Source of the DNA: a virus
Length of the DNA: 64,000 nucleotides
Virus record (IMG/VR): IMGVR_UViG_3300016471_000517
Span: 32,001 to 96,000 of that record
Strand: one strand, 5' to 3'
Position 1 is the stretch's first letter; each line of letters begins with the position of its first letter. The position numbers were made by a program, and so were the translations under genes. Shown piece by piece: positions 43,102-52,081 of the stretch. The notes under the pieces were generated by a model that was not told where the DNA came from, searched no databases, and saw only the letters and a program-made list of their open reading frames with translations.

Positions 43102-44823
43102 TTATGCCATTTTTATTTGTTTTAGTCTATCTGTAACACTAGACCCTTTATTTTTCTTGGCAATAGTATCCCAAAAAGCTTTTCCTTTTGGATCCGCCAA
43201 CATGTCAATAATTTGCATAGTTCTGCCACTAGTGTCTCGGAAAAAACCTTTTTTCCATTTTTCAATAATTTCTTTTGACAGACGAGCGGCTTCTTCCGCC
43301 GGCATATTAACATCTACGTGAGGGTATCCCTTTGAATACATCCATTCTTTTGCATCACTAATCTGACTTGGTAGTTCTCTATTTGATAGATAATCTTGAG
43401 TATCTTTAACAGATTTGTCAGCGATATTTATAATGTTTTGTCTCACTCTAGGAAAAATTTGTGGATCTGTTATATCCGAAATATTTTGCTCTCTATGAAC
43501 TTTTTGTAAAATAGAGTGAGTTTTTGGTTTTAAATCCTTTGGTGTCTGGGATTTTACAATATCCATCACAGTTCCAGCCGGTACACCCCATGACTGGTCC
43601 ATATTTCCAAGATCCGCTTCTAATCCAGTTATATTTGTTTGTGGAACAACATCACCAAATACTTGTCTTAACTTTGGATTAGTGTTTGATTCTATGTCCA
43701 GTAGTTTTTTAAATTTTTGTGATGAATTTGGGCTATTCTGTGCTTGAAGTGCAAGTTCTCCAAATTTAAATTGTGGATCTGTTGCGGCAATCCCGTGACC
43801 TGCCTCATGTGCCAATGTAGCTATTGTAATATTTTTTGGATCAGTTGATATATTTAAATTGATAGGAACTGAAGTTTGATTACCCAAATCTCTACCTTTA
43901 TTTGCATTTGCATAAGCCGCTACCATGCTTGGAGGCATAATAGGTGAAAACTGTGCTTCTGGTTTTGACCTAAAAATTGCTGGATTAGTTCCTAGATAAA
44001 TGTCAATTGGTCTCTCTAGAGCATCTTTTGAATAAGATGGAAACATGTACGAAGATACATTATTTGGGTTAAATGATGGGTCTACTAATCGTCTTTGCCC
44101 ACGTGTTGCGAGTTTGGCATATTTCTCTGCATTTTTGCCGTATATGCCTTGTAAAAGTTCTCCCCAAGAAAGAGTTGCTTGTGGATTATCTATGTCTGGA
44201 ACCACTGCTCCAAGTAATTCAAAATCTTCTACTTGTTTAATATTTGGATTACTTATTGTTGTCATGAGTATTCTATTAAATGGATCTTTTGAAGCCCTAG
44301 AGATTTTTTCCAATCCCTCTGGATTGTTTTGCCAATCTTTTGCTTGAGATCTCATCATATCAGCAACATCTCTTGCTTTTTTGCCAGCCAAATTGCCAGC
44401 CAAATTTTTTCCAGTATTTGCAATTCTTCCAACGGCTGGAATCATTCCGAATAGAGGAACGGTGGAAGCTAAAGATGCCTTTACACCTTCTTTATCTCCT
44501 TGGGCAGCATACAAGGCAGCATCAGCCAAATCTGCTAGTTCCCCGACAACTGGGACCATTCCTGCCGCAGCCAAACCGCTATGGTATGTGTCTGGATCCG
44601 TAAATAAAGATTTACCATATTCTTTTGCAAACATCATAGGATCTGAAGCAATACCCTGACCTACTTCAGTAGCGTAATCTTTTATTTCGGAACCAATTTT
44701 TTGAGATGCTTGTTGAAGTCTTTTGCCAAGCACTCCTAAAGGTGCCTTTAATCTGGAAGAGCTGGCGTATGATCTACCACCATCATCCAAACCTTCAATC
44801 AAAAATTGTTTAAATCTCAGCAT
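43102..44823 (-). CDS. capsid-targeted protein with pre-toxin TG-like segment and HExxH domain
   Basis: MLRFKQFLIE; AGMVPVVGELADLADAALYAAQGD; TLAHEAGHG; TATAAATA upstream. Confidence 0.75.
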   Translation of the reverse strand: MLRFKQFLIEGLDDGGRSYASSSRLKAPLGVLGKRLQQASQKIGSEIKDYATEVGQGIASDPMMFAKEYGKSLFTDPDTYHSGLAAAGMVPVVGELADLADAALYAAQGDKEGVKASLASTVPLFGMIPAVGRIANTGKNLAGNLAGKKARDVADMMRSQAKDWQNNPEGLEKISRASKDPFNRILMTTISNPNIKQVEDFELLGAVVPDIDNPQATLSWGELLQGIYGKNAEKYAKLATRGQRRLVDPSFNPNNVSSYMFPSYSKDALERPIDIYLGTNPAIFRSKPEAQFSPIMPPSMVAAYANANKGRDLGNQTSVPINLNISTDPKNITIATLAHEAGHGIAATDPQFKFGELALQAQNSPNSSQKFKKLLDIESNTNPKLRQVFGDVVPQTNITGLEADLGNMDQSWGVPAGTVMDIVKSQTPKDLKPKTHSILQKVHREQNISDITDPQIFPRVRQNIINIADKSVKDTQDYLSNRELPSQISDAKEWMYSKGYPHVDVNMPAEEAARLSKEIIEKWKKGFFRDTSGRTMQIIDMLADPKGKAFWDTIAKKNKGSSVTDRLKQIKMA

Positions 44824-44836
44824 ACCAATATTTATA

Positions 44837-44863
44837 AACCCCCAGGATTACTCCTAGGGGGTT
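44837..44863 (-). terminator. intrinsic terminator after tRNA-Asn
   Basis: AACCCCCAGGA...TCCTAGGGGGTT hairpin. Confidence 0.7.
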
Positions 44864-44872
44864 ATTTTTATG

Positions 44873-44946
44873 CTCCTCGGGTTGGAATCGAACCAACGAC
44901 ATCAAAATTAACAGTTTTGCGCTGCTACCAACTGAGCTACAGAGGA
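44873..44946 (-). tRNA. tRNA-Asn(GUU)
   Basis: CAAAA-CTGTTAA-TTTTG, GGTTCGATTCC; one acceptor mismatch. Confidence 0.88.
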
Positions 44947-44954
44947 GTGAAGAA

Positions 44955-46844
44955 TTATACTATCTGGCAACCACCAGCACCGCAGGCAAATTCCTTTGCC
45001 GACTCAGTATTGTCTTCTGCCTCATATTTAGAGAGCTCCTTGAAGTTAACTTTAACCTTCGGATGCGCTGCATATGTTGCAGAATCAATTTGCTCAAATG
45101 GAGCCTGAGCGTATGTGTGATTGTCACCACCGGGAAGGAACGAGATGCCTGTTGCGACATCGAAGTTCTCCCAGAGCCAGTTACCGACCTCAAGGAACTC
45201 GGAGTCCTTGTAGTTGACGGTGATTGATGGCTTGTGATGGCAGTAATGTTCCTGATAAGTCTTCCACAGATCCAAGTGATCCAATGCACGGAGATCTTCC
45301 GTTGTAGTTGTACCCTTTGGAGCCTTCATAGCAAATGTGAAGACCGCTGTATTATTAGGATTGATCACATCATCTTCGCAAGGAACGCCTTGATCCTTCA
45401 TGAGATTGTAAATTGGATCCTTCTTGTCAATACGAATTCTACGATAATAATGTTCCGCATAACGTGGGTGAAGACCTGATGCTGAATCAACCAAGCACGA
45501 AGTCGTTCCCTCTGGCTTTACGCATGTGATGGACTTGCTTGGATTTATACCAAGCTTCTCTGCCCACTTCATGTTTGTTGCCGTTGCATGATCGCGGAGT
45601 GTTTCGAGCAGACGTACCAACTTTGGCTTGCCTTCGAGCCCACTGGTCAACTTGTTGTCATAGATTCCAGTCATGCTGACACCAAGTAGACGCTCCTCTT
45701 CGCAGTTCTTCTTCCATTCGGGACGAAGATATGGGAAGTCAACAAATGTTGATTGAACTGTGCCGATGATGGTGGCGATCTCAATCTTCTTCTTTAGCGA
45801 AGCAGCGGTGTCATCGGGACGAACAACTACAGTTGAGAGATTGCAGAACTCAAATGGCTTCAGAATAATCTCTGAACATGGATTTGTTCCATACTCACAG
45901 GTTTCATCACGACCCCATTTGGCTGCTTGTTCTTGCAGAGCGTTTCTGTTGATCATACCACGCTCACCGCTGTGGCTGTTGTATAGAGAAGTCCATTCCT
46001 CAAGGAACTGGCCCATCGGAGGACGACCACGATAGACAGCAGAGTTGTTGGCGTATGAACGGAAACCAGCCTGCTCCCACCAAGCACCGCTCTTGCAGAG
46101 AGCCATCTCACGATCCGAAAGATCACTGAGAGAGATCATGGCAGAGCGACGAACACCACCTACGATGACTGCGTTTGCGATTGCGCAGCAGATATCGTGA
46201 CACTCAAGAGCGGTGAGTCTGCGTCCTTGTGCATTGTAGAACACCTTGACAATAAACTTGAAGAGATTGTCAAGAGGAGCGGGACCACTTGCACGACCAC
46301 CAAAGGTCTTCAGTCTTGCACCCGCTGGTCGAATCTTCGACAGATCCCACTTAACGTGGCGACCAGCATAAAGATGATCCATCAAGAATCTAACTGAGTT
46401 GCCCCAACCTTCCTTGGAGTCTTCAACAACATAAGTGATGTTGAAGGCTTTTTCAATCTTGTTTGCAACTTGTGGAAGTTTATCTGTGTATTGGTGCTCA
46501 ACAGAATAACCAACACCAGTACCGTTCATGAGAATTACAAAAAGTTCTGCAAACGAATCAAGGCTGTCAATTGGCAAGTACGAGCAATTGTACAAGCAAG
46601 TGTTGTCATGATCTAATGCAGGTCCAGCGGTCATCAGACTGCGCATGGAAGGAAGAACCTCAAGATTGAGGATTGCTTCTTTTACGTCAGGACGCTCTGC
46701 AAGTTGCGGAACTTTGCCAGTAAAATAATTCCACCAACGGTCTACACATTCATCCCAGGTTTCTCTGCGGTTCTTTTCGGGAATCCAGCGAGAATAACGC
46801 GAAATGAAAATAAACGATTGAAATGGTGACAAATTTTCTGCCAT
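44955..46844 (-). CDS. nrdJ: class II (adenosylcobalamin-dependent) ribonucleotide reductase
   Basis: YNCS, GGVRRSA, TNPCSE, CNL, VKPEGT, C-terminal CGAGGC. Confidence 0.92.
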   Translation of the reverse strand: MAENLSPFQSFIFISRYSRWIPEKNRRETWDECVDRWWNYFTGKVPQLAERPDVKEAILNLEVLPSMRSLMTAGPALDHDNTCLYNCSYLPIDSLDSFAELFVILMNGTGVGYSVEHQYTDKLPQVANKIEKAFNITYVVEDSKEGWGNSVRFLMDHLYAGRHVKWDLSKIRPAGARLKTFGGRASGPAPLDNLFKFIVKVFYNAQGRRLTALECHDICCAIANAVIVGGVRRSAMISLSDLSDREMALCKSGAWWEQAGFRSYANNSAVYRGRPPMGQFLEEWTSLYNSHSGERGMINRNALQEQAAKWGRDETCEYGTNPCSEIILKPFEFCNLSTVVVRPDDTAASLKKKIEIATIIGTVQSTFVDFPYLRPEWKKNCEEERLLGVSMTGIYDNKLTSGLEGKPKLVRLLETLRDHATATNMKWAEKLGINPSKSITCVKPEGTTSCLVDSASGLHPRYAEHYYRRIRIDKKDPIYNLMKDQGVPCEDDVINPNNTAVFTFAMKAPKGTTTTEDLRALDHLDLWKTYQEHYCHHKPSITVNYKDSEFLEVGNWLWENFDVATGISFLPGGDNHTYAQAPFEQIDSATYAAHPKVKVNFKELSKYEAEDNTESAKEFACGAGGCQIV

Positions 46845-46870
46845 AATAGGCTACTCCTTGGTTGGTGTCT

Positions 46871-47602
46871 TTATTTAGTTGTTAGAGTTTTCCACGAAAC
46901 TGGGAAAAGTGGAGCAACAATTTTATCTATTGCTTCAGCATATTTTTGAATTTCCCATTGTGCGTGGCTATCGATTCTCAGGTTATAAACGCGGGCAAAT
47001 GCGTAGAGAGAACCAGTCCACACAAATTCCGTATAAGTTCCTTGGGGAAGAATAGATCTTGCCTGTTCTGGTGCAACACCATCAACCAACAGACGATTGT
47101 AAAGATCAATACATTCCTTTGCAATTCCTTCATATTCTTGTCTCAGTTTGATGCAAAGATCCATATCTTCAATTGCACCAGAACTTCCTTGTTTTGCTCC
47201 GTTCGTTGGGGCACTGCGCCACAGAGGAATATAAACCTCTGGTTCAAACGTGACATATCTGCGGCTAACTTCATTCATGACAAGACCGATTTGATGCTTG
47301 CCAAGTTGTGCACGAACAAAGATTGGACACTTTATTCTCAAACTAATTTGAGCGTGACAAAATGGAGTGAAGTGATTATGCTTTGCAAGATAATTAATAA
47401 GTTTAGCATCACGGTCAGACAATTTCTTTTCACGATAGCCTGTCCAATTATGCTCGCTATCCCAATCACTTTCCTTGTTAAAGGAAACGCGGGCAGCATT
47501 GACAACACTGAGATCGGAACCCATGTAGTCAACCAGCTGAACGTGACCGTGATCCAGAACTTTAATATTAGTCTGATCCACGTTTTGTTTGGTCTCTGTC
47601 AT
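46871..47602 (-). CDS. thyX: FAD-dependent thymidylate synthase
   Basis: VVNAARVS, H.TPF, NEVSRRY, PEQAR..LP, HAQWEI. Confidence 0.95.
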   Translation of the reverse strand: MTETKQNVDQTNIKVLDHGHVQLVDYMGSDLSVVNAARVSFNKESDWDSEHNWTGYREKKLSDRDAKLINYLAKHNHFTPFCHAQISLRIKCPIFVRAQLGKHQIGLVMNEVSRRYVTFEPEVYIPLWRSAPTNGAKQGSSGAIEDMDLCIKLRQEYEGIAKECIDLYNRLLVDGVAPEQARSILPQGTYTEFVWTGSLYAFARVYNLRIDSHAQWEIQKYAEAIDKIVAPLFPVSWKTLTTK

Positions 47603-47801
47603 CTGTGTCCTCTTCATCATCTATAAGTTCAATTGTAACACCATCAATCTTGGTAAAGTCTTGGGCATACTCTCTTGCTTTATGCCAAAGTTCTCTATCC
47701 ATTTCCTTGATGTATTCCGAAAATCTATGAACAAACATTAAATATGCTTCGCTGCCTTTTTCTAGATCTTCGTCGGACATGTCTTCATTATTGTTATTCA
47801 T
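47568..47801 (-). CDS. small acidic hypothetical protein
   Basis: 77 aa ORF between primase and thyX. Confidence 0.65.
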   Translation of the reverse strand: MNNNNEDMSDEDLEKGSEAYLMFVHRFSEYIKEMDRELWHKAREYAQDFTKIDGVTIELIDDEEDTDDRDQTKRGSD

Positions 47802-47802
47802 A

Positions 47803-48786
47803 TTAATTTTTCTTCCAGTAAGTATACTTCATTTTTGCTTTAAGTCCAGAATAAACATTATTGATAATCAGCTTCATGGTTGTTTTTTCTCCATATGCGA
47901 TAACCATGTCATTGATGTCCTTCTTGTCTATTTCAGATGGCCAGATTACTACGTTTCTTCCGGCATCTATGTATCTACCCAACAATGCAGAAATTTCTGC
48001 GTTTCTAGGTTCATTGTCAAATATGAACACTACTTTTGATTTTGCAATTTTTGCAGGCAATTCTTCAAGCCATCCTGCACCCTGCATCGCTGTGCAGTTT
48101 GGGATAAACATTGAATCAATAGGTCCTTCAGTAACATATACCGTTGACCTGGGATCTATTTTATCTAGGTTGTACCAGAGCCTTTCTTGCCCTTCTTTTT
48201 TGAGCGTGATGTACCGGATTGCTTTTTCGTCATCGATTGCTCTTCCTTGTACCCCAACAAGTGCGCCCATCTCGTCGTAGAACGGTATGACGAGTCTGGC
48301 TTCCTTATGTCCAGTTCTGTCAAAGTCGGCCATGATCTTGCCGAAATCAGGGCTGTAATAAAAGTTGCTATACTTTTCTTTCGGAATTTGTCTAGACTGA
48401 ACATATTTTATAGCCTTATGATCTGAATTGAGTAAGTCAAGCCTTGTTCCGAGGTTAGTGAAAGATGGCTGCTTGACTTCTTTCTTTTCTGTAACCACTG
48501 GTTCTGGAGTTTTTTCCTTAAACATTTCGAACGAGTATTCTTTGCATAGTGTCGGGCTAACAGACTCAAGAACCCCATATAGATTAGAAGAAAAACCGCA
48601 ATTGTGGCATTTGTATACATAATGTCCTTTATGCTCAAAGAAATATCCCCTTGTCTTGGACTTATTTCTCTTTGAGTCGCCACATTTAAAACATCTGCAT
48701 GTGGCTAGAGTTTCTTTCTTCCACTTAAATTTTTCAAGTGAACCAGAAACAAGATTTACAAACTTCTTGTCAATATATAGAGTCAT
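47803..48786 (-). CDS. DNA primase (T4 gp61-like)
   Basis: Zn finger C..CGDS...CHNCG, QGR, EGPIDS, FDNEPRN, KDINDM. Confidence 0.95.
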   Translation of the reverse strand: MTLYIDKKFVNLVSGSLEKFKWKKETLATCRCFKCGDSKRNKSKTRGYFFEHKGHYVYKCHNCGFSSNLYGVLESVSPTLCKEYSFEMFKEKTPEPVVTEKKEVKQPSFTNLGTRLDLLNSDHKAIKYVQSRQIPKEKYSNFYYSPDFGKIMADFDRTGHKEARLVIPFYDEMGALVGVQGRAIDDEKAIRYITLKKEGQERLWYNLDKIDPRSTVYVTEGPIDSMFIPNCTAMQGAGWLEELPAKIAKSKVVFIFDNEPRNAEISALLGRYIDAGRNVVIWPSEIDKKDINDMVIAYGEKTTMKLIINNVYSGLKAKMKYTYWKKN

Positions 48787-50198
48787 TTTGCGCCTTCAAA
48801 CGTCCAGTTCACAGCTTTGTTCTTTTTCTTTCCAAATGCCGGGTTGAACGCCTGTCCATCATATCCTGATCCGACTCCTTCATCATCCGTGTTATTAGCA
48901 TTAACAAGATTGTTGCTAGAATTGTCAACATCATAAAATTTCATCTTAGATTTATTTACACCAACCAGGAACTTACGGTTTTTTGTAGTATCGTTTCCAC
49001 GATTCTTCAATTGCTTAACCATAAGTTGCCCTGCTTCTGCAAGCTCTTCATTCTCAATCAGAGCAAAAAAGAAATCTGCAGTTTGGGGAAGACCAAAACT
49101 TTCAGAAGTATCGGTCATCTCCATATCGCTGCTCTTTGCGCCCTCGCGGTTGACCTGTGTAGCCGTCCAAAGAGGAACGTTAAACTGCTTGGCGAGACCA
49201 CGAAGCTCTTCTGCAATGCCTTTAACGTAAGTGTAACTATTCATGCCGTTGCCGAGTTTAAAGCGAGCGCAAGAACAAATGTTCAGGTAATCCACAAAAA
49301 TTACATCTGGAATAAACTTTTTCTTAATCTTTAGTTCTTCCATAAGATTACGGAAGTGAGTAACGTTGGCAGCTGCTGTTGGATATTCCTTGATGATTAG
49401 CTTTCCACGGCAAGTCTTCTTGAAATTTTCAACCTTACTTTCGTATTGATTGATTGGCATTTGTTCGAGGACGTGAATATCCGAATCCAGAAGATTTGCA
49501 TCAATTCTTTTTGCAATTTCTTCTTCCGCCATCTCAAGAGTGATATAAAGCACGTTCATGTTTTGTGACAAACATGCTGCTGCATGGTGGCAAAGAAATG
49601 CGCTCTTGCCCACACCCGATGCTGCCATAACTACATTGAGCGTCTTCTTCCTAACCCCACCACGGGTGATTGTATTAAACATCTCAAGATCAAAAGGAAC
49701 TTTTTCCTCAACTCTGTGATAATATTCGTAGCGCTCATCCACATCTTCAAGAAAATCATGCCCGACTCTTGTATCAAATGAGACGGACAAAGCCTTTGAC
49801 ATAATTTCTGGAATTGCATTTTGTGTTTTCTCCTTGTCTTTGCCCTCAATAATACCAATGGATTCCATGATACCATTATAGATGGCCTTTTCTTTGCAAA
49901 ACTTTTCTGTGTTTTCTACAAGCCAAATGGTGTCTGACTTCTCACCTTCCTTGTACATTTCATCGGAAATGGATACACACCTTTTAAACTCAATTTCACC
50001 TAGAGCTTTTTCATTCTCCAATGAGATGAGAATTGCATCTTTGGTTGGGATGTTATTGTACTTAAGAATAAACTTGCTTACAATGTTGAATACTATTTTT
50101 TCACACTTATCGTGAAAGTATTCTTCCTGCAAGAAGGGGACTACTTTTCTTGCGTACTCTTCATTGAGCACCAAGTTCTTTAGAATAACTGTTTCCAT
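48783..50198 (-). CDS. replicative helicase (T4 gp41-like)
   Basis: ASGVGKS, LEMAEE, DYLNI, ATQVNR, SESFGLP, KQLKNR. Confidence 0.95.
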   Translation of the reverse strand: METVILKNLVLNEEYARKVVPFLQEEYFHDKCEKIVFNIVSKFILKYNNIPTKDAILISLENEKALGEIEFKRCVSISDEMYKEGEKSDTIWLVENTEKFCKEKAIYNGIMESIGIIEGKDKEKTQNAIPEIMSKALSVSFDTRVGHDFLEDVDERYEYYHRVEEKVPFDLEMFNTITRGGVRKKTLNVVMAASGVGKSAFLCHHAAACLSQNMNVLYITLEMAEEEIAKRIDANLLDSDIHVLEQMPINQYESKVENFKKTCRGKLIIKEYPTAAANVTHFRNLMEELKIKKKFIPDVIFVDYLNICSCARFKLGNGMNSYTYVKGIAEELRGLAKQFNVPLWTATQVNREGAKSSDMEMTDTSESFGLPQTADFFFALIENEELAEAGQLMVKQLKNRGNDTTKNRKFLVGVNKSKMKFYDVDNSSNNLVNANNTDDEGVGSGYDGQAFNPAFGKKKNKAVNWTFEGAK

Positions 50199-50235
50199 TA
50201 TTTTAGTATACTCTTATATAATGATTTGTCCAACA

Positions 50236-50547
50236 TTAATCTTGATGGACATCGTCTTCAAGATCAACTGGCTCAGATTTACTCTGAACACCTTGTTCAA
50301 TCAAGTTCACAAAAATTTCTCCAATTATTTTTGTAAACTTTTCATTGTTTTGATCAAATCCTTCAAACGAATCAATAATATCTACTTGCATATTGACCTT
50401 CAAATCTCCGCTTTCAAGTTCTTCCAATGAAATTTTTCCATACTTATACACAATACCCTCAAATTCTCCAGAAAGAATTTCAATGGGGCATGTTTCGTCC
50501 GCTTTTGCTTCTATGTCTAAAAATTTATAATCAGGAACCTTGTCCAT
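50236..50547 (-). CDS. hypothetical protein in the T4 gp40 position
   Basis: between uvsX and helicase; IVYKYGKI motif. Confidence 0.65.
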   Translation of the reverse strand: MDKVPDYKFLDIEAKADETCPIEILSGEFEGIVYKYGKISLEELESGDLKVNMQVDIIDSFEGFDQNNEKFTKIIGEIFVNLIEQGVQSKSEPVDLEDDVHQD

Positions 50548-51553
50548 ACTTGAAGTCCTTTTGTATTTCTGCGTCCAATTTATCTAGTACATCCTTCGTG
50601 TAATACTTTTCTGGTTCGTCGTCAATGTTTTTTTCAAATACCTTTGTACCATCTGGAAGTTCCACTCTTGTGGATACCTTCTTGAAAATACCATATTTGA
50701 TTGCGAGGTCGGTCAGTCCATAATAACGACTTAGACCTGATGTGTAATTCAAACGAGTTTCGACTTGCATATTTTCTTTAACAAATCTGTTCTTGTAGTT
50801 AGTGCATTTGATGAAGTTTCCAACTACACCCTCATCGGTCTTGTCTTTGGATTTTGAAAGAGTGAGAATGTTGCTTGCGGCGTACTTCAATCCAATTCCA
50901 CCACCAAGTTCTTTAGTTGGAACATAGGCACCGATAACTTGGTATGTGTGGTTAGTCAAAAGCATTGGGATTTTTGCTTTTCCAAGTTTTAAAGTTAATA
51001 CTCGAAATGTTGCTTTGGTCTGCTGTGCCTTGGTCATGTCTCTGACATCTTTACCTTCGGCGGAATCTGTCATCTCCTTGCGGGTAGACAACATTCCCAA
51101 AGAATCAAGAATCATGAATACTGGCTTTCTATCCTCTTCGGGTTGCTCAAGAATATCGTTTACAATTTTAAGAGCCTGAGTTTTAAATTCTTCAATCGTG
51201 GCTACGGGAATTACTGCGACTCTTTGGGGATCAACACCGCGAGCTGTAAACATGTCTGATGTTACTGCCTGTTCCGTGTCGAAGTAAATAACAACACCAT
51301 CTTTATGATCTTTTAAAAACTGTCCTGCAATTCCAATTGCATAAAATGTTTTTCCTGTTGCTGGATCTCCAGCAAGACATGAAATTTTATTATTTGGTAG
51401 ACCACCATAGATTGAACCGGAGAGCAGTGCATTGAGAACATATGAACCTGTATCAATATGGCCTGCTACATCTGCACCATCAATTCCGTCTGCTACGATT
51501 GATGCGTCCGGGTTTTCAATTTTACTCAATAAATTTTTAAGATACTTTGACAT
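50531..51553 (-). CDS. uvsX: UvsX/RecA-like recombinase
   Basis: DTGSY..N.LLSG, GDPATGKT, LDSLG, RDMTKA, NHTY, GGG.GLKY. Confidence 0.95.
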   Translation of the reverse strand: MSKYLKNLLSKIENPDASIVADGIDGADVAGHIDTGSYVLNALLSGSIYGGLPNNKISCLAGDPATGKTFYAIGIAGQFLKDHKDGVVIYFDTEQAVTSDMFTARGVDPQRVAVIPVATIEEFKTQALKIVNDILEQPEEDRKPVFMILDSLGMLSTRKEMTDSAEGKDVRDMTKAQQTKATFRVLTLKLGKAKIPMLLTNHTYQVIGAYVPTKELGGGIGLKYAASNILTLSKSKDKTDEGVVGNFIKCTNYKNRFVKENMQVETRLNYTSGLSRYYGLTDLAIKYGIFKKVSTRVELPDGTKVFEKNIDDEPEKYYTKDVLDKLDAEIQKDFKYGQGS

Positions 51554-51824
51554 TTTTCTTCCTTTTTGGTATTTCTCTTGTTGTAATAATAACTGCACCC
51601 CAGTCTTTCTGGGATGCCTCAATTGGTTTAACTGAATCTACGATTAGGTCACCAATGCCTTCATAAAATCTATCACCAACCATATAGCATGGCCCACCTT
51701 CAAAATCAAATAGGCCATCAGCGTGGCGAGTAAACAGAGACCTACCTTCGATTTTGTAAGATCCATCTTCAAGAAGTGTGAGTATTCTTTCATCACCATA
51801 TCTAGATTTAAATTTCTTAACCAT
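51537..51824 (-). CDS. hypothetical protein
   Basis: SRYGDER...DFEGGP motif. Confidence 0.7.
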   Translation of the reverse strand: MVKKFKSRYGDERILTLLEDGSYKIEGRSLFTRHADGLFDFEGGPCYMVGDRFYEGIGDLIVDSVKPIEASQKDWGAVIITTREIPKRKKNVKVS

Positions 51825-51827
51825 ATA

Positions 51828-52067
51828 TTAACACTCCTGATTCATTGCTTTTAGCAATTCCAGCTCTTCTTTCAACTCTTCTAGTTCTTCTTTGAGTTGA
51901 TTGATTACGATATTCTGTCTTTGAATTTCTCTCTTCTGTTCTTCAATGACACTATTATTTGAAAAATTTATTTCATGATTTGAATCATAACTAAAAATAT
52001 ATCTACCATCGATAAATTCAGACTTTTTTGTACTATACTGTTTATATTTTTTAGAAAAACTTTTCAT
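51828..52067 (-). CDS. small coiled-coil protein
   Basis: ORF after polymerase with heptad C-terminus. Confidence 0.55.
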   Translation of the reverse strand: MKSFSKKYKQYSTKKSEFIDGRYIFSYDSNHEINFSNNSVIEEQKREIQRQNIVINQLKEELEELKEELELLKAMNQEC

Positions 52068-52081
52068 TTTTATATTATATC

